Of a DNA stretch of 64,000 nt, positions 46,647 to 58,266 are shown one piece after another. The notes beneath the pieces are model-generated. The model worked only from the letters and a program-made list of their open reading frames with translations. It made no database searches and was not told the DNA's origin. This stretch comes from Pirellulales bacterium. GTDB lineage: Bacteria > Planctomycetota > Planctomycetia > Pirellulales > JAICIG01. The first letter of the stretch is position 1; every line of letters starts with the position of its first letter. A program made the translations under genes and the position numbers. The stretch lies in contig JBBDYJ010000035.1 of assembly GCA_040901675.1 (NCBI GenBank), forward strand, positions 160,001 through 224,000, in the 5' to 3' direction.

Positions 46647-49523
46647 GTGGTTGAGCGATCGATTAGCCTGCGGGGGGTCGAGGTGCACAACCTGCGCTCG
46701 ATCGACCTCGACCTGCCGCACCGGCGGCTGATCGTTCTGTGCGGGGTCAGCGGCAGCGGCAAGAGCAGCCTGGCTTTCGATACGCTGTATGCCGAGGGTC
46801 AGCGGCGGTACATCGAGACGTTTTCGGCCTATACCCGGCAGTTCCTCGAACGGCTGGAAAAACCGGCCGCCGAGCGGATCGACGGCATTGCCCCGGCCAT
46901 CGCGGTGGCCCGCAAGAACTCGAACCGCTCCAGCCGCTCCACCGTCGGCACGGCCACGGAGATCAACGACTACCTGCGTTTGCTGTTCGCCAAGATCGGC
47001 ACGATTGTCTGCTTCCAGTGCGGGCGCGAGGTGCGGCGCGAAACGCCGCAGAGCGTGGCCGCCTGGCTGGGGCAGGTTGCCGCGGGCACTCGCCTGCTGA
47101 TCGCGTTCGCCGCCGATAGCCTGGTGCCCGAAACATTCGCCCAGCGCTCGGCCGCCTTGACGCAGCAGGGCTTCGTGCGGATCGTGCAGTCGGGCCGCCT
47201 GTTGGCATTGGATCAGCCCGACACGCTCGATCGCTGCGACGAGCCGGCGGCAGGGGCCCCCGACAACGGGACCGCTTACGTCGTGGTCGATCGCCTTACG
47301 GGTGGTGCGGCCCAGCGGCGGCTGCACGACTCGCTGGAGACCGCCTTCAACCAGGGCAACGGCGTCTGCCACGTGTTCGTGGAAGATCATGGCCAGGCCG
47401 CGGCCCCGGCCGAGCTTTCACCGGCCGAGACGGTCTCGATCGACGGGCGTGCCTGGCGGCGGATTGCCTTCAGCGCCCGATTGGCCTGCGATCAGTGCCG
47501 GCGCGAGTATCCTGAGCCCCAGCCGCGGCTGTACAGCTTTAACAGCCCGCTGGGGGCCTGCCTCGAGTGCGAGGGCTTCGGCAACGTGATCGACATCGAC
47601 ATGGATTTGATCGTGCCCGATCCGCAGAAGTCACTGCGCGAAGGCGCGGTCGCCCCCTGGAACAGCCCGGCCTACGCGCACGAATTAAAAGAGCTTCTCG
47701 ACCTGGCCGACGACGTGGGGCTGCGGGTGAATGTGCCCTTTCGCGAACTCGAGCCGCGCGAGCGGCGGATCGTCCAGGAAGGCGTGCCGGAGCGAAAGTT
47801 CGGCGGACTCAAAGGCTTCTTCGCCTGGCTCGAGCGCCGCAAGTACAAGATGCACATCCGCGTGTTCCTCAGCCGTTGGCGCAGCTATCGGCCCTGTCCC
47901 AGTTGCGGCGGCGCGCGGCTGCGGCCCGAGGCGCTGGCCACCCAGGTGGGCAGCCTCAACATTGCCCAGATCGCCGCCATGAAGATCGACGAGGCCGCCC
48001 GCTTCTTTCGAGAGCTCGATCTCTCCGAGTGGCAACGCCAGGTGGGCCGCATGATGATCGAGCAGGTCCGTGCGAGGCTCGGCTATCTGGCGACGGTCGG
48101 CCTGGGGTACCTGTCGCTCGACCGGACGCTGCGGACCCTGAGCGGGGGCGAAGCCCAGCGTGTGGCGCTGACTTCGGCCCTCGGCTCGAGCCTGGTCAAC
48201 ATGCTGTACGTGCTGGACGAACCGTCGGTCGGCCTGCACCCGCAGGACACGCAGCGGCTGCTATCGGCCATCCGCGGCCTGCGCGACCGGGGCAACACGG
48301 TGGTGGTGGTCGAGCATGAAGAGGCCTTCCTGCGCGCGGCCGATCAGTTGGTCGAAATCGGTCCGGGGGCGGGTGAACGGGGAGGCCAGGTGGTTTTCCA
48401 GGGTACACCGGCCCAGATCGTGACGGCGGCCAACAGCCTGACCGGCGACTATCTTTCCGGACGCAGGCGATTCCGAGCGCCGCCCCGGCGGCGGCAGCCG
48501 AACCACGGCTGGATCCGGCTGGCAGGTGCCCGGGGCAATAATCTCAAGAACATCACCGTCGAGTTCCCGCTGGGAGTGCTCGCGGTGGTGACCGGGGTGA
48601 GCGGCTCGGGCAAGAGCACGCTGGTCGAAGACACCTTGTATCCGGCCCTGTGCCGGCGGCTGCGGAAGGACGCCCCCAGGCCCAGCGACTACGACGACGT
48701 GTACGGCGACGGCCAGATCAACGACCTGGTGCTGGTCGACCAGTCGCCGATCGGCCGCTCGCCGCGGTCGAACCCCGTTACGTACATCAAGGCCTTCGAC
48801 GAAATCCGGGCCGTGTTCGCCGAAACGGTCGAAGCGCGCACGCACAACTACACCGCCAGCCATTTCAGCTTCAACGTCGATGGGGGCCGCTGCAGCGCCT
48901 GCCAGGGCGACGGCTACCTCCAGATCGACATGCAGTTCCTGGCCGACGTGTACATGAAATGCGACCAGTGCCACGGCCGCCGCTACCGGCCCGAGATCCT
49001 CGACGTGACTTATCGCGGCCGGAACATCGCCGAGGTGCTGGACATGACGGTCCGCGAGGCCTTCATTTTCTTTCGGGGGCGGCCCAAGGTGCAGGCCCGG
49101 CTGAAGAAACTGATCGACGTGGGGCTCGACTACCTGCGGCTCGGGCAGCCGGCCCAGACGCTCAGCGGCGGAGAGTCGCAGCGGCTGAAGCTGGCCGGGT
49201 ACATGTCGGCCGTCCGGCGGGGGCGCAGCTTGTTCATTCTCGACGAGCCGACCACGGGGTTGCACTTTGCCGACGTCGTGCAACTGCTCGATTGCTTCGA
49301 AGCACTGCTGGCGCTGGGGCACTCGCTGATCGTCGTCGAGCACAACCTGCAGTTGATCAAGGCGGCCGACTACATCATCGATCTGGGTCCGGGCGCGGCC
49401 GAGGCGGGCGGCCGCGTCGTCGTCCAGGGCACGCCGGAGATGGTATCGCACAATGCCGAGTCCGTCACGGGCCGTTACCTGGCCCGCGCGCTGGCCGAAG
49501 ACTTGCAGGAACAGTCGGCCTGA
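46647..49523 (+). CDS. uvrA: Excinuclease ABC subunit A (possibly one of several paralogs)
   Basis: GVSGSGKSSLAFDTLYAEGQRRY, two LSGGE signatures, second Walker A GVSGSGKST, CxxC zinc sites, LDEPTTGLH. Confidence 0.92.
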   Translation: MVERSISLRGVEVHNLRSIDLDLPHRRLIVLCGVSGSGKSSLAFDTLYAEGQRRYIETFSAYTRQFLERLEKPAAERIDGIAPAIAVARKNSNRSSRSTVGTATEINDYLRLLFAKIGTIVCFQCGREVRRETPQSVAAWLGQVAAGTRLLIAFAADSLVPETFAQRSAALTQQGFVRIVQSGRLLALDQPDTLDRCDEPAAGAPDNGTAYVVVDRLTGGAAQRRLHDSLETAFNQGNGVCHVFVEDHGQAAAPAELSPAETVSIDGRAWRRIAFSARLACDQCRREYPEPQPRLYSFNSPLGACLECEGFGNVIDIDMDLIVPDPQKSLREGAVAPWNSPAYAHELKELLDLADDVGLRVNVPFRELEPRERRIVQEGVPERKFGGLKGFFAWLERRKYKMHIRVFLSRWRSYRPCPSCGGARLRPEALATQVGSLNIAQIAAMKIDEAARFFRELDLSEWQRQVGRMMIEQVRARLGYLATVGLGYLSLDRTLRTLSGGEAQRVALTSALGSSLVNMLYVLDEPSVGLHPQDTQRLLSAIRGLRDRGNTVVVVEHEEAFLRAADQLVEIGPGAGERGGQVVFQGTPAQIVTAANSLTGDYLSGRRRFRAPPRRRQPNHGWIRLAGARGNNLKNITVEFPLGVLAVVTGVSGSGKSTLVEDTLYPALCRRLRKDAPRPSDYDDVYGDGQINDLVLVDQSPIGRSPRSNPVTYIKAFDEIRAVFAETVEARTHNYTASHFSFNVDGGRCSACQGDGYLQIDMQFLADVYMKCDQCHGRRYRPEILDVTYRGRNIAEVLDMTVREAFIFFRGRPKVQARLKKLIDVGLDYLRLGQPAQTLSGGESQRLKLAGYMSAVRRGRSLFILDEPTTGLHFADVVQLLDCFEALLALGHSLIVVEHNLQLIKAADYIIDLGPGAAEAGGRVVVQGTPEMVSHNAESVTGRYLARALAEDLQEQSA

Positions 49524-49547
49524 GAAAGCCGGGGAACAACGCCCGTG

Positions 49548-50483
49548 ATGACGAGCCACATGGAACAAACCGGGTTGCTCGACCGGCTGCAAGTGTTCTT
49601 TGGCGATGCCAGCTCGGGATTGGCGCGGATCTACGCCCGCCTCGGCCACGGCGGCGAGCTGGCCGGCTGCACGCTGGCCGGTCGAGTCGCCGGACCCAGT
49701 TGCCTTTACTCCCATACACTCGAGACCAGCGTGCCGCTGACTGAAAAACCGCCGCCCGTTGGGTTGTCCGGCAGCGGCCGCACCCCGGATCTCCTGGCAG
49801 AGGCCCTACTGCCCGATCCCTGTTTCTGGACGGCCGACATGCCGTTTCTGTACCAGGTACACGTCGAGTTGCGTCGGGGCAAAGAGCTGCTGGGCTCCGT
49901 CCAGCGCTCGTTGGGCATTCGTCCGCTCGGCACCCGCGGACGAAGGTTGTTGCTCGATTCGAGCATCTGGGTGCCGCATGCCGTCGACCGGGACGAAGTG
50001 CCCGGCCGCGATTGGCCGGCCTGGCGCGGCTCCGGCGCCGACATGTATGTCCATCAACCGGACGAGCAACTATGTGACCAGGCCAGCCGCGTCGGAGTGG
50101 CCTTGCTGGCGCACCTGGAGGGGCCGGCCGACTGGCTGCCAGAGCAGGTGGGCAAGCTGGCCCGCTGGCCCGCGGTAGCGCTGGCGGTTCTCGAGACGGA
50201 CGGCGACTTGCACCCGTCGATCCGCATGGAAGCCCGCAACCTGCTGTTGGGCTGGCCTGGTCCGCCGGCCGCGGCGGTCGAGCCACCGGGTTGGGCCGAC
50301 GTGGTGGTCTGCCGGGGCTCCGATGCGGTCGCGCTGGCCCGCCGTGCGCGGGACTGCCGGCTGCCGGTGATTGCTCACCGCCCGGCCGGCTGGCGTGACG
50401 ACCTGGTCGAGGCGCGGCGGCAGTGCGGCCAACTCGAGGGTGAACTGGCCGAACTGGGTGACTTTGCAGGTTACGTGGTGTAA
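49548..50483 (+). CDS. Hypothetical protein with degenerate glycoside hydrolase family 2-like segments
   Basis: PCFWTADMPFLYQVHVEL…SLGIRPL and QLCDQASRVGV resemble the GH2 Ig-like domain and TIM-barrel start. Confidence 0.55.
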   Translation: MTSHMEQTGLLDRLQVFFGDASSGLARIYARLGHGGELAGCTLAGRVAGPSCLYSHTLETSVPLTEKPPPVGLSGSGRTPDLLAEALLPDPCFWTADMPFLYQVHVELRRGKELLGSVQRSLGIRPLGTRGRRLLLDSSIWVPHAVDRDEVPGRDWPAWRGSGADMYVHQPDEQLCDQASRVGVALLAHLEGPADWLPEQVGKLARWPAVALAVLETDGDLHPSIRMEARNLLLGWPGPPAAAVEPPGWADVVVCRGSDAVALARRARDCRLPVIAHRPAGWRDDLVEARRQCGQLEGELAELGDFAGYVV

Positions 50484-50540
50484 GAAAGGATCTCGCTTCC
50501 GGGCGGCCGCAACGCCCGCCACTTTTGCGAATCAGCCGCC

Positions 50541-51584
50541 ATGACCGAATCGAGCCCGATATCAGATCGCTATGTTCGTCAAACACGGTTTGCCCCGCTC
50601 GGCGACGAAGGGCAGCGCCGCATGCTGGCCAGCCGGGCCCTGATTTGCGGCTGCGGCGCTTTGGGCACCGTGCTGGCCAACACGCTGGCCCGGGCCGGCG
50701 TCGGCTCGCTGCGGATCGTCGACCGCGACTTCATCGAAACCAACAACCTGCAGCGGCAGGTCTTGTTCGACGAGGACGACGTGGCCGCCCAGTTGCCCAA
50801 AGCGATCGCCGCGGCCAACAAGCTGCGCAGGATCAACTCGCAGATCGAGATCGAACCGATCGTGGCCGACGTGGACCACACCAACGTGCTGGCCTTCTGC
50901 GAGGGGGTCGACGTGATTCTGGATGGCACCGACAACTTCGAAACCCGCTATCTGTTGAACGATGCGGCAGTGAAGCTCGGCCTGCCATGGATCTACGGCG
51001 GCTGCATCGGCGCCGGCGGGCAGACGATGACCATCCTGCCGGGCGAGACCGCCTGCCTGCGCTGCATCGTGGAAGAGCCGCCGCCGGCAGGCATGGCCGA
51101 GACATGCGATACGGCCGGCATTGTAGCTCCCATTGTCAACGTGATTGCCTCGATCCAGGCCATGGAAGCCATCAAGATCCTGTCCGGCCGCCGCGAGGCG
51201 ATCCAACGCTCGCTGTTGGTCTTCGATCTGTGGGAGAACCGCATCTTGAAGATGAATGCCGCCGCGGACCGCGAGGCGTCCGACTGCCCGGTTTGCCGGC
51301 GCGGCGAATTTGCCTGGCTGTCGGGCCAGCGCGGCAGCCACACGGCCGTGCTGTGCGGGCGCAACGCCGTGCAATTGATGCGGCCCGGCGGCGAGGCGCT
51401 GCCGCTGGAGGCGCTGGCAGAAAAGCTGGCAGGGGTGGGCCGCGTCACGCACAACGCGTTTCTGCTGCGGCTGGCGGTCGACGACTACCAGTTCACCATC
51501 TTTCCGGACGGCCGTGCGATCATCGGCGGCACCGACGACATCGCCACGGCCCGGGCGCTTTACGCCCGCTATATCGGGAGCTGA
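50541..51584 (+). CDS. ThiF/MoeB family adenylyltransferase
   Basis: RYVRQ, GCGALG, DRDFIETNNLQRQ, DGTDNFETRY, CLRC/CPVC. Confidence 0.92.
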   Translation: MTESSPISDRYVRQTRFAPLGDEGQRRMLASRALICGCGALGTVLANTLARAGVGSLRIVDRDFIETNNLQRQVLFDEDDVAAQLPKAIAAANKLRRINSQIEIEPIVADVDHTNVLAFCEGVDVILDGTDNFETRYLLNDAAVKLGLPWIYGGCIGAGGQTMTILPGETACLRCIVEEPPPAGMAETCDTAGIVAPIVNVIASIQAMEAIKILSGRREAIQRSLLVFDLWENRILKMNAAADREASDCPVCRRGEFAWLSGQRGSHTAVLCGRNAVQLMRPGGEALPLEALAEKLAGVGRVTHNAFLLRLAVDDYQFTIFPDGRAIIGGTDDIATARALYARYIGS

Positions 51585-51587
51585 GTT

Positions 51588-51631
51588 TCAGCCGGCGGAG
51601 CGGAGCGTGTCAGCCGGCGGAGCGGAGCGTG
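51588..51631. repeat. Perfect 22-bp tandem duplication of the ABC ATPase 3' end including its stop codon
   Basis: TCAGCCGGCGGAGCGGAGCGTG at 51588-51609 and 51610-51631. Confidence 0.92.
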
Positions 51632-53133
51632 GCGGCTTCCATGATCCGCTGCTCGGTCGCCTCAGCGCGGTTGAACTCGCCGGTCAGCCGGCCCTCGCAG
51701 ATCACCAGGATCCGGTCGCAGACGGTCAACAGTTCCGGCAGCTCGCTGGAGGTTACGATCATCGCCAGGCCGTCGCGGCAGAGCCGGTCCATCAGCCGGT
51801 AGATCTCGGCCTTGGCTCCCACGTCGATGCCCCGGGTCGGGTCGTCCAGCAGCAGCACCTTGGGGCGGGTGCGCAGCCATCGTCCGATGATCGACTTCTG
51901 CTGGTTGCCGCCGCTGAGACTGGTGATCGGCACGTCGACACCGGTGGTTTTCACGTTGAGCTGCCCCACGGTCTCGGCCGCCATGCGGCGTTCGCGCGCC
52001 GGGGAGACAAGCCAACCGGCGGCGGCCTGGCGCAGCGTGCAGAGCGTGATGTTCTGGCACACCGTCATCTGATCGAAGAGTCCCAGCCGCTTGCGGTCCT
52101 CGGTGACCAAGGCGATTCCCGCCCGCCTGGCTTCGGCCGGGTGGCGGAACCTCACCTGGCGGCCTTCGAGGCGGATCGAGCCGCTATAGGCTTCGGCGCT
52201 GGAGCCAAACAGGCATTCCAGAAGCTCGGTGCGCCCGGCGCCCATCAAGCCGGCCACGCCCAGGATCTCGCCCCGGCGCAAGGAAAAGCTGATGTCGCGC
52301 AGGCGCCAGGCGCGGGCGTGGCCGGGCCAGGGGAGCGATAAGCGCTCGACTTCGAGCACCGGCTGGCCCGGCACGCGATGCTCGGCCACCTGGACCGACT
52401 CGATCTCGCGCCCCACCATCAAGTGCGTGATGCGGCGAGGATCGGTGTCGGCGCGGGGCACGGTCGTCACCAGCCGCCCGTCGCGCAGCACGGTGATGCG
52501 GTCGGCCAGCCGGAATACCTCGTCCATCTTGTGCGAGATATACAGGATCGTCACGCCGCGGGCCCGCAGCCGTTCAATGACGCGGAACAGCCGGGCCACC
52601 TCGCTCTCGGTCAGGGCGCTGGTCGGCTCGTCCATGATCAGGATCTCGGTCTCGCGGGAGAGAGCCTTGGCGATCTCGACGAGCTGTTGGTCCCCCACGC
52701 GCAGCGTCTTGACGCGCTCCGACGGCACCACCCGGCACTCCAACTGATCGAGCAGCTCGGCGGCCGACCGCTCCATCACGCGGTTGTCGAGCAGGCCCAG
52801 CCGCGTCCGCTTTTCACGGCCCAGAAAGACATTGGCCGCCGCCGATAGCTCGTCGACCAGGTTCAGCTCCTGGTGAATGATGCCGATCCCGGCCGCCTCC
52901 GCGGCCCGCGTATCGGCGAAGCGGACCGGCCGGCCTCGCAGCAGCAGCTCTCCCTCGAAGGAGCCGATCACCCCGGCCAGCAGCTTCATCAAGGTGCTCT
53001 TGCCGGCGCCGTTCTCGCCCACGATCGCGTGCAGCTCACCCGCGGGAATGTCGAGCGACACGTCCGAGAGCGCCACGACGCCCGGAAACCGCTTGGTCAC
53101 GCGGCGGATCGAAATCAGCGGCGACACGTCCAT
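51610..53133 (-). CDS. Monosaccharide ABC transporter ATP-binding protein (RbsA-like, two ABC domains)
   Basis: GENGAGKSTL, MDEPTSAL, GLMGAGRTEL, LSGGNQQK, PTRGIDVGAK. Confidence 0.95.
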   Translation of the reverse strand: MDVSPLISIRRVTKRFPGVVALSDVSLDIPAGELHAIVGENGAGKSTLMKLLAGVIGSFEGELLLRGRPVRFADTRAAEAAGIGIIHQELNLVDELSAAANVFLGREKRTRLGLLDNRVMERSAAELLDQLECRVVPSERVKTLRVGDQQLVEIAKALSRETEILIMDEPTSALTESEVARLFRVIERLRARGVTILYISHKMDEVFRLADRITVLRDGRLVTTVPRADTDPRRITHLMVGREIESVQVAEHRVPGQPVLEVERLSLPWPGHARAWRLRDISFSLRRGEILGVAGLMGAGRTELLECLFGSSAEAYSGSIRLEGRQVRFRHPAEARRAGIALVTEDRKRLGLFDQMTVCQNITLCTLRQAAAGWLVSPARERRMAAETVGQLNVKTTGVDVPITSLSGGNQQKSIIGRWLRTRPKVLLLDDPTRGIDVGAKAEIYRLMDRLCRDGLAMIVTSSELPELLTVCDRILVICEGRLTGEFNRAEATEQRIMEAATLRSAG

Positions 53134-53162
53134 TCGAGGGTCCGATTTTCTCAAAAGAGCCG

Positions 53163-54386
53163 CTAGCTGCCTGCCCGGCGAGCGCGGGCGGCTTCGAACA
53201 GCTTGACCAACGCCAGGCAGGCCAGGCCCACCAGCACCGCTACCTGTCCGGAGGTCGGGCTGGCGACCAGCGTAGTCAGCACGCCGAGCAACAGGGCCAG
53301 GTTGATCACCGTGACCGCGCCCAGCGGCCCCTCGAAAAAACGCTTCCGCCGGCCGCTCGTTTCGCGGAGTTGGTTCAGGGCCACGGCCATCACCACTACG
53401 ATCCCCACGATCAGCCCTTCATAGACGTCGGCCCCGGTCTTGATGATCTTCGCGATTCCATCGATCACCACCCGCAGGAACAGGCAGCCCAGCACCGTGC
53501 CGGGTATCGTGCCTATGCCTCCCCGCAGGCTGCAGCCGCCGACCACCGCAGCCGCAATGGCATTCAGCTCGTAGCCCCGAGCGAGCGTCTGCGGGTCCGC
53601 CACGCTCTGCTCGCCGATATAGAAGATGCCGGCGATCGACGAGAGCATCGCACTCAGAGCGTAAGCCAACCATTTCAGCCGGTCGGTGCGGATGCCGCTC
53701 AGCCGGGTCGCTTCTTCGTTGCCACCCAAGGCATACAGGTGCCGCCCCACCACGGTCCGGCTCAAGAGCACCCAGGCCGCCACGGCCAGCGTCAGGAACA
53801 GCGCCGCGCGCAACCAGACCGACGTGGTTAGCGAGCGGAACTGCTGGTCGAAAATCTGGATCTGCGTGGTGCGGGCGCCGAACGTGTGCAAGGTCACGTT
53901 TTCGATCACGGCCCTAGCCAGGCTGCGCAGCCCGACCAGCGTGGCCAGCGTGGCGATAAAGGGTGGCAGCCCGATCACGGTAATCAGCCAGGCGTGCAAG
54001 CTGCCGATCAGGAAACCCACCACGAGCGTGCCGCCGACGGCCAGAATGGTCACGCCGGCGCCCAGCGGTTCGGCCTTCTGCATCGCTTCGGGAGCCAGAA
54101 ACACCATCAGCGTCGCGCAGATGGTTCCGCTGAAGGCGATCACCGAGCCGGCGGACAGGTCGATGCCTCCGGAGATGATCACGATGGCCGCCCCGAGGGC
54201 GAAGATGCCCAGCATCGACGTGTGCCGCAGGACATCCAGCGCGCTCAGCTCCGGCGAGTAATAGTAGGTGCGCTGCTGGTCAAAAAGAAGAGTCAGCAGC
54301 ACCACGGCCACGACCGCCAGGCCGAGCCCCGCTTCGCTGCGCGCCAACCAGCCAAGCGGAAACGCCTTGGGCCGCATGGGACTCAT
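53163..54386 (-). CDS. Monosaccharide ABC transporter permease (RbsC-like)
   Basis: GGIDLSAGS, LPPFIATL, YALGGNEEATRLSGI, YELNAIAAAVVGG. Confidence 0.93.
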   Translation of the reverse strand: MSPMRPKAFPLGWLARSEAGLGLAVVAVVLLTLLFDQQRTYYYSPELSALDVLRHTSMLGIFALGAAIVIISGGIDLSAGSVIAFSGTICATLMVFLAPEAMQKAEPLGAGVTILAVGGTLVVGFLIGSLHAWLITVIGLPPFIATLATLVGLRSLARAVIENVTLHTFGARTTQIQIFDQQFRSLTTSVWLRAALFLTLAVAAWVLLSRTVVGRHLYALGGNEEATRLSGIRTDRLKWLAYALSAMLSSIAGIFYIGEQSVADPQTLARGYELNAIAAAVVGGCSLRGGIGTIPGTVLGCLFLRVVIDGIAKIIKTGADVYEGLIVGIVVVMAVALNQLRETSGRRKRFFEGPLGAVTVINLALLLGVLTTLVASPTSGQVAVLVGLACLALVKLFEAARARRAGS

Positions 54387-55474
54387 GAGCCCTGCAGCCC
54401 GTACTTGGCGAGCCAGTTTTTGAAGTCGCCCAACCGAAGGAACTCGGTCTTCGCGCCGAACATGTCCGCATTCAGTGGCGAATCCTCGTCCGGGACGACT
54501 ACTTTCAGCCCGGTGTCGTAAATGTCTCCACCGTCGCCTTCGCCGTTGTTGGGCAGCATCTCCTCGATAGTCGCCTTGTCGTCCTGCGCCAGCGCCTTCA
54601 TCAGCCGCACGCCCTGGTAACCCATTTCGAAGGGGTTCTGCACGACCATGGCATCGATGAAACCGGCCTCCATGTCCTTGATGGCAACGGGTTCGGCGTC
54701 GAACACCACGATGGTAAAGTCACTTCGCCGATTCAACTGCCGCACCACGTCGACGATGGCCGGAGCGTTGTACGACCAGATGCCCACCAGCACGTTGAGG
54801 CCCCGGTGGTTCGAGATGGCATTGCGGACGTTGTCCCGGGCGCGCGTGCGGTCCAGGTCGTCGGCCATGTTGTCCAGCGCCTCGAACTTGTCACCGGCGC
54901 CCTGTTCGAACCCGCTCACGCGCTCGATCGCGTTCTGCGCGCCGGTGCGTCCCACGAAGGTCACGTATTGGCCCCCTTCCGGTCGGAGGTGCCTGGCCGC
55001 GGTCCCCAGTTCCTGGCCTCCCGCCAGGTTGTCTGTGCCGATGAATGCGAAGCGGGCGTCGCGGAATTTTTCGCGGTCCACGTCCGAGTCGATCGTCACC
55101 ACGTGAACGCCCTTGTCCTGCAGATTCTTCATTTCGTCGGCGACGGCCACGTTGGCCGCATCGATGACCGAAACGCCGACCGCCACGATATCGCGCTGGC
55201 TGGCGAACTGCTTGAGCTTGTCGATCTGGCCCTGCGGCGTGCCGTCGTTCACGTCCAGCACCGCCTGAAAGCCGTCCCGCTCGAGCTGGAGCTCCTGGGC
55301 CGCCGCCTCCAGGCCGGCTCGCGCCGTGTCCCAGAAGGGTGAGTTGCCGTTGGTCAACAGAATGAACCGCTTGGCAGCCGGCAGGGACGACGTCTCGGTC
55401 GGCTGCCTGCTGCAGCCGGCCGTGAGTGACAAGGCCGCCAGCAGCAGGCAGGCCGGCCAACAAGGGATTCGCAT
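54383..55474 (-). CDS. Monosaccharide ABC transporter substrate-binding lipoprotein
   Basis: Lipobox LTAG-C, SPFW, VVTIDSD, IGTDN, VVQNPFEMGY. Confidence 0.92.
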   Translation of the reverse strand: MRIPCWPACLLLAALSLTAGCSRQPTETSSLPAAKRFILLTNGNSPFWDTARAGLEAAAQELQLERDGFQAVLDVNDGTPQGQIDKLKQFASQRDIVAVGVSVIDAANVAVADEMKNLQDKGVHVVTIDSDVDREKFRDARFAFIGTDNLAGGQELGTAARHLRPEGGQYVTFVGRTGAQNAIERVSGFEQGAGDKFEALDNMADDLDRTRARDNVRNAISNHRGLNVLVGIWSYNAPAIVDVVRQLNRRSDFTIVVFDAEPVAIKDMEAGFIDAMVVQNPFEMGYQGVRLMKALAQDDKATIEEMLPNNGEGDGGDIYDTGLKVVVPDEDSPLNADMFGAKTEFLRLGDFKNWLAKYGLQGS

Positions 55475-55768
55475 GGGGTCGTGTCCTATCGAGATTCGCT
55501 GTGAGGTGGGCCGGGAGATGCCGCCAATTGTCTCAAGAAAAGCGATTTTAAAGGGGGCGGGCGGCCATAGCAAGCAGATCGCCCACGCCCGAAGCCAGCA
55601 GCCGAAGGCCCCCGATTGCCCGGCTTCGCTCAACTTGGCGATCGTTACAACCGATTCAATTGATATTGGACGGAACCCGACGCGGGTCTCGGACTTCGGC
55701 GAGCTCAGTCGAGCCGCGGGCTCGACCCGCCCCGAGCCCGTCGAGGGGCGCCAGCGAGGAAACCTGCG

Positions 55769-56677
55769 TTGAAGATAGTTCCCAAGCACCGCCGGCCACG
55801 CGTCGGCCCAACCGAGCGGCTGGGCCGGCTGGGGCCTTGGCACCTGGTCCGGCTGGCGGCGGCCGGCAATCTCTGCCGCGTCTTCCAGGCCCGGCCCGCC
55901 GACGGACCCAACGACCGTCCCGCTTGTTACGCCGTGAAAGTGCTGCTCGAACCGTGGCAGCTCGATCAGGCCGCCGTCGAAATGCTCCGCCGCGAAGCCC
56001 TGGTGGGCCGCAAAGTCTCACATCCGCACCTGATTTCGATCCTCTCGGCGCACGTGACCGAGCCGCCCTATTACGTGGTGATGCCCTGGCTTGGCGGCAG
56101 CACGCTGGCCGACACGATCGGCCGGTTTCGTTCGGGCGGCAGCCCGCCGGCACTGCCCTTGGCGCTCTGGCTGATCCGCCAGGTGGCCCAGGCGCTGGCC
56201 GCCCTGCACCAGCACGGTTGGATGCACGCGGACGTGAAGCCGGGCAATATCATCATCTCGCCCGAAGGACACGCCACGCTTTTGGATCTGGGCTTCGCTC
56301 GGATGCCCGCCGAAAGCGGCTCGCTCGTCGACCGCTGCGTGGCCGGCACCATGCAATACGTGGCCCCCGAAATGATCACCAGCGCGCTGCGGCCCGACAT
56401 CCGCAGCGACATCTATAGCCTGGGCGTCACGTTGTTCGAGCTCTTGACCGGCCGGCTGCCGTTTGCGGGCAGCGAACTGGCCCAACTGGCCGAACAGCAT
56501 CGGCAGGTGGAGCCGCCCGACGTGCGGGCGCTGGTTCCGCAGCTCCCCTCGGACGTCGGCCGGCTGGTCCACCGGATGCTGGCCAAGGAGCCGCTGCGAA
56601 GGCCGCAAACACCCGCCGAGCTCATCGAGCGCCTGGCCGCGCTGGAGATCGCCACGTTCGATCAACGCCAGGGCTAG
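55769..56677 (+). CDS. Stand-alone Hanks-type Ser/Thr protein kinase
   Basis: YAVKVL, RREA, HADVKPGN, DLG, GTMQYVAPE, SDIYSLG; start uncertain. Confidence 0.88.
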   Translation: MKIVPKHRRPRVGPTERLGRLGPWHLVRLAAAGNLCRVFQARPADGPNDRPACYAVKVLLEPWQLDQAAVEMLRREALVGRKVSHPHLISILSAHVTEPPYYVVMPWLGGSTLADTIGRFRSGGSPPALPLALWLIRQVAQALAALHQHGWMHADVKPGNIIISPEGHATLLDLGFARMPAESGSLVDRCVAGTMQYVAPEMITSALRPDIRSDIYSLGVTLFELLTGRLPFAGSELAQLAEQHRQVEPPDVRALVPQLPSDVGRLVHRMLAKEPLRRPQTPAELIERLAALEIATFDQRQG

Positions 56678-58105
<1,428 letters not shown>

Positions 58106-58266
58106 TTTGCGCTCTCATGGATCCGGCCCGTCCGCGGGCTGGCAAGAAACTGAGCTTGCATCCCAGCCGCGAACGGCATTTGGATGAAGCATCGACGACC
58201 CGCCGCCGTCAACGCGCCTCGTCGCCGCGAGTTGCAAGTCGAGCGGCCTTTTCCTCCCCGCTTCGA

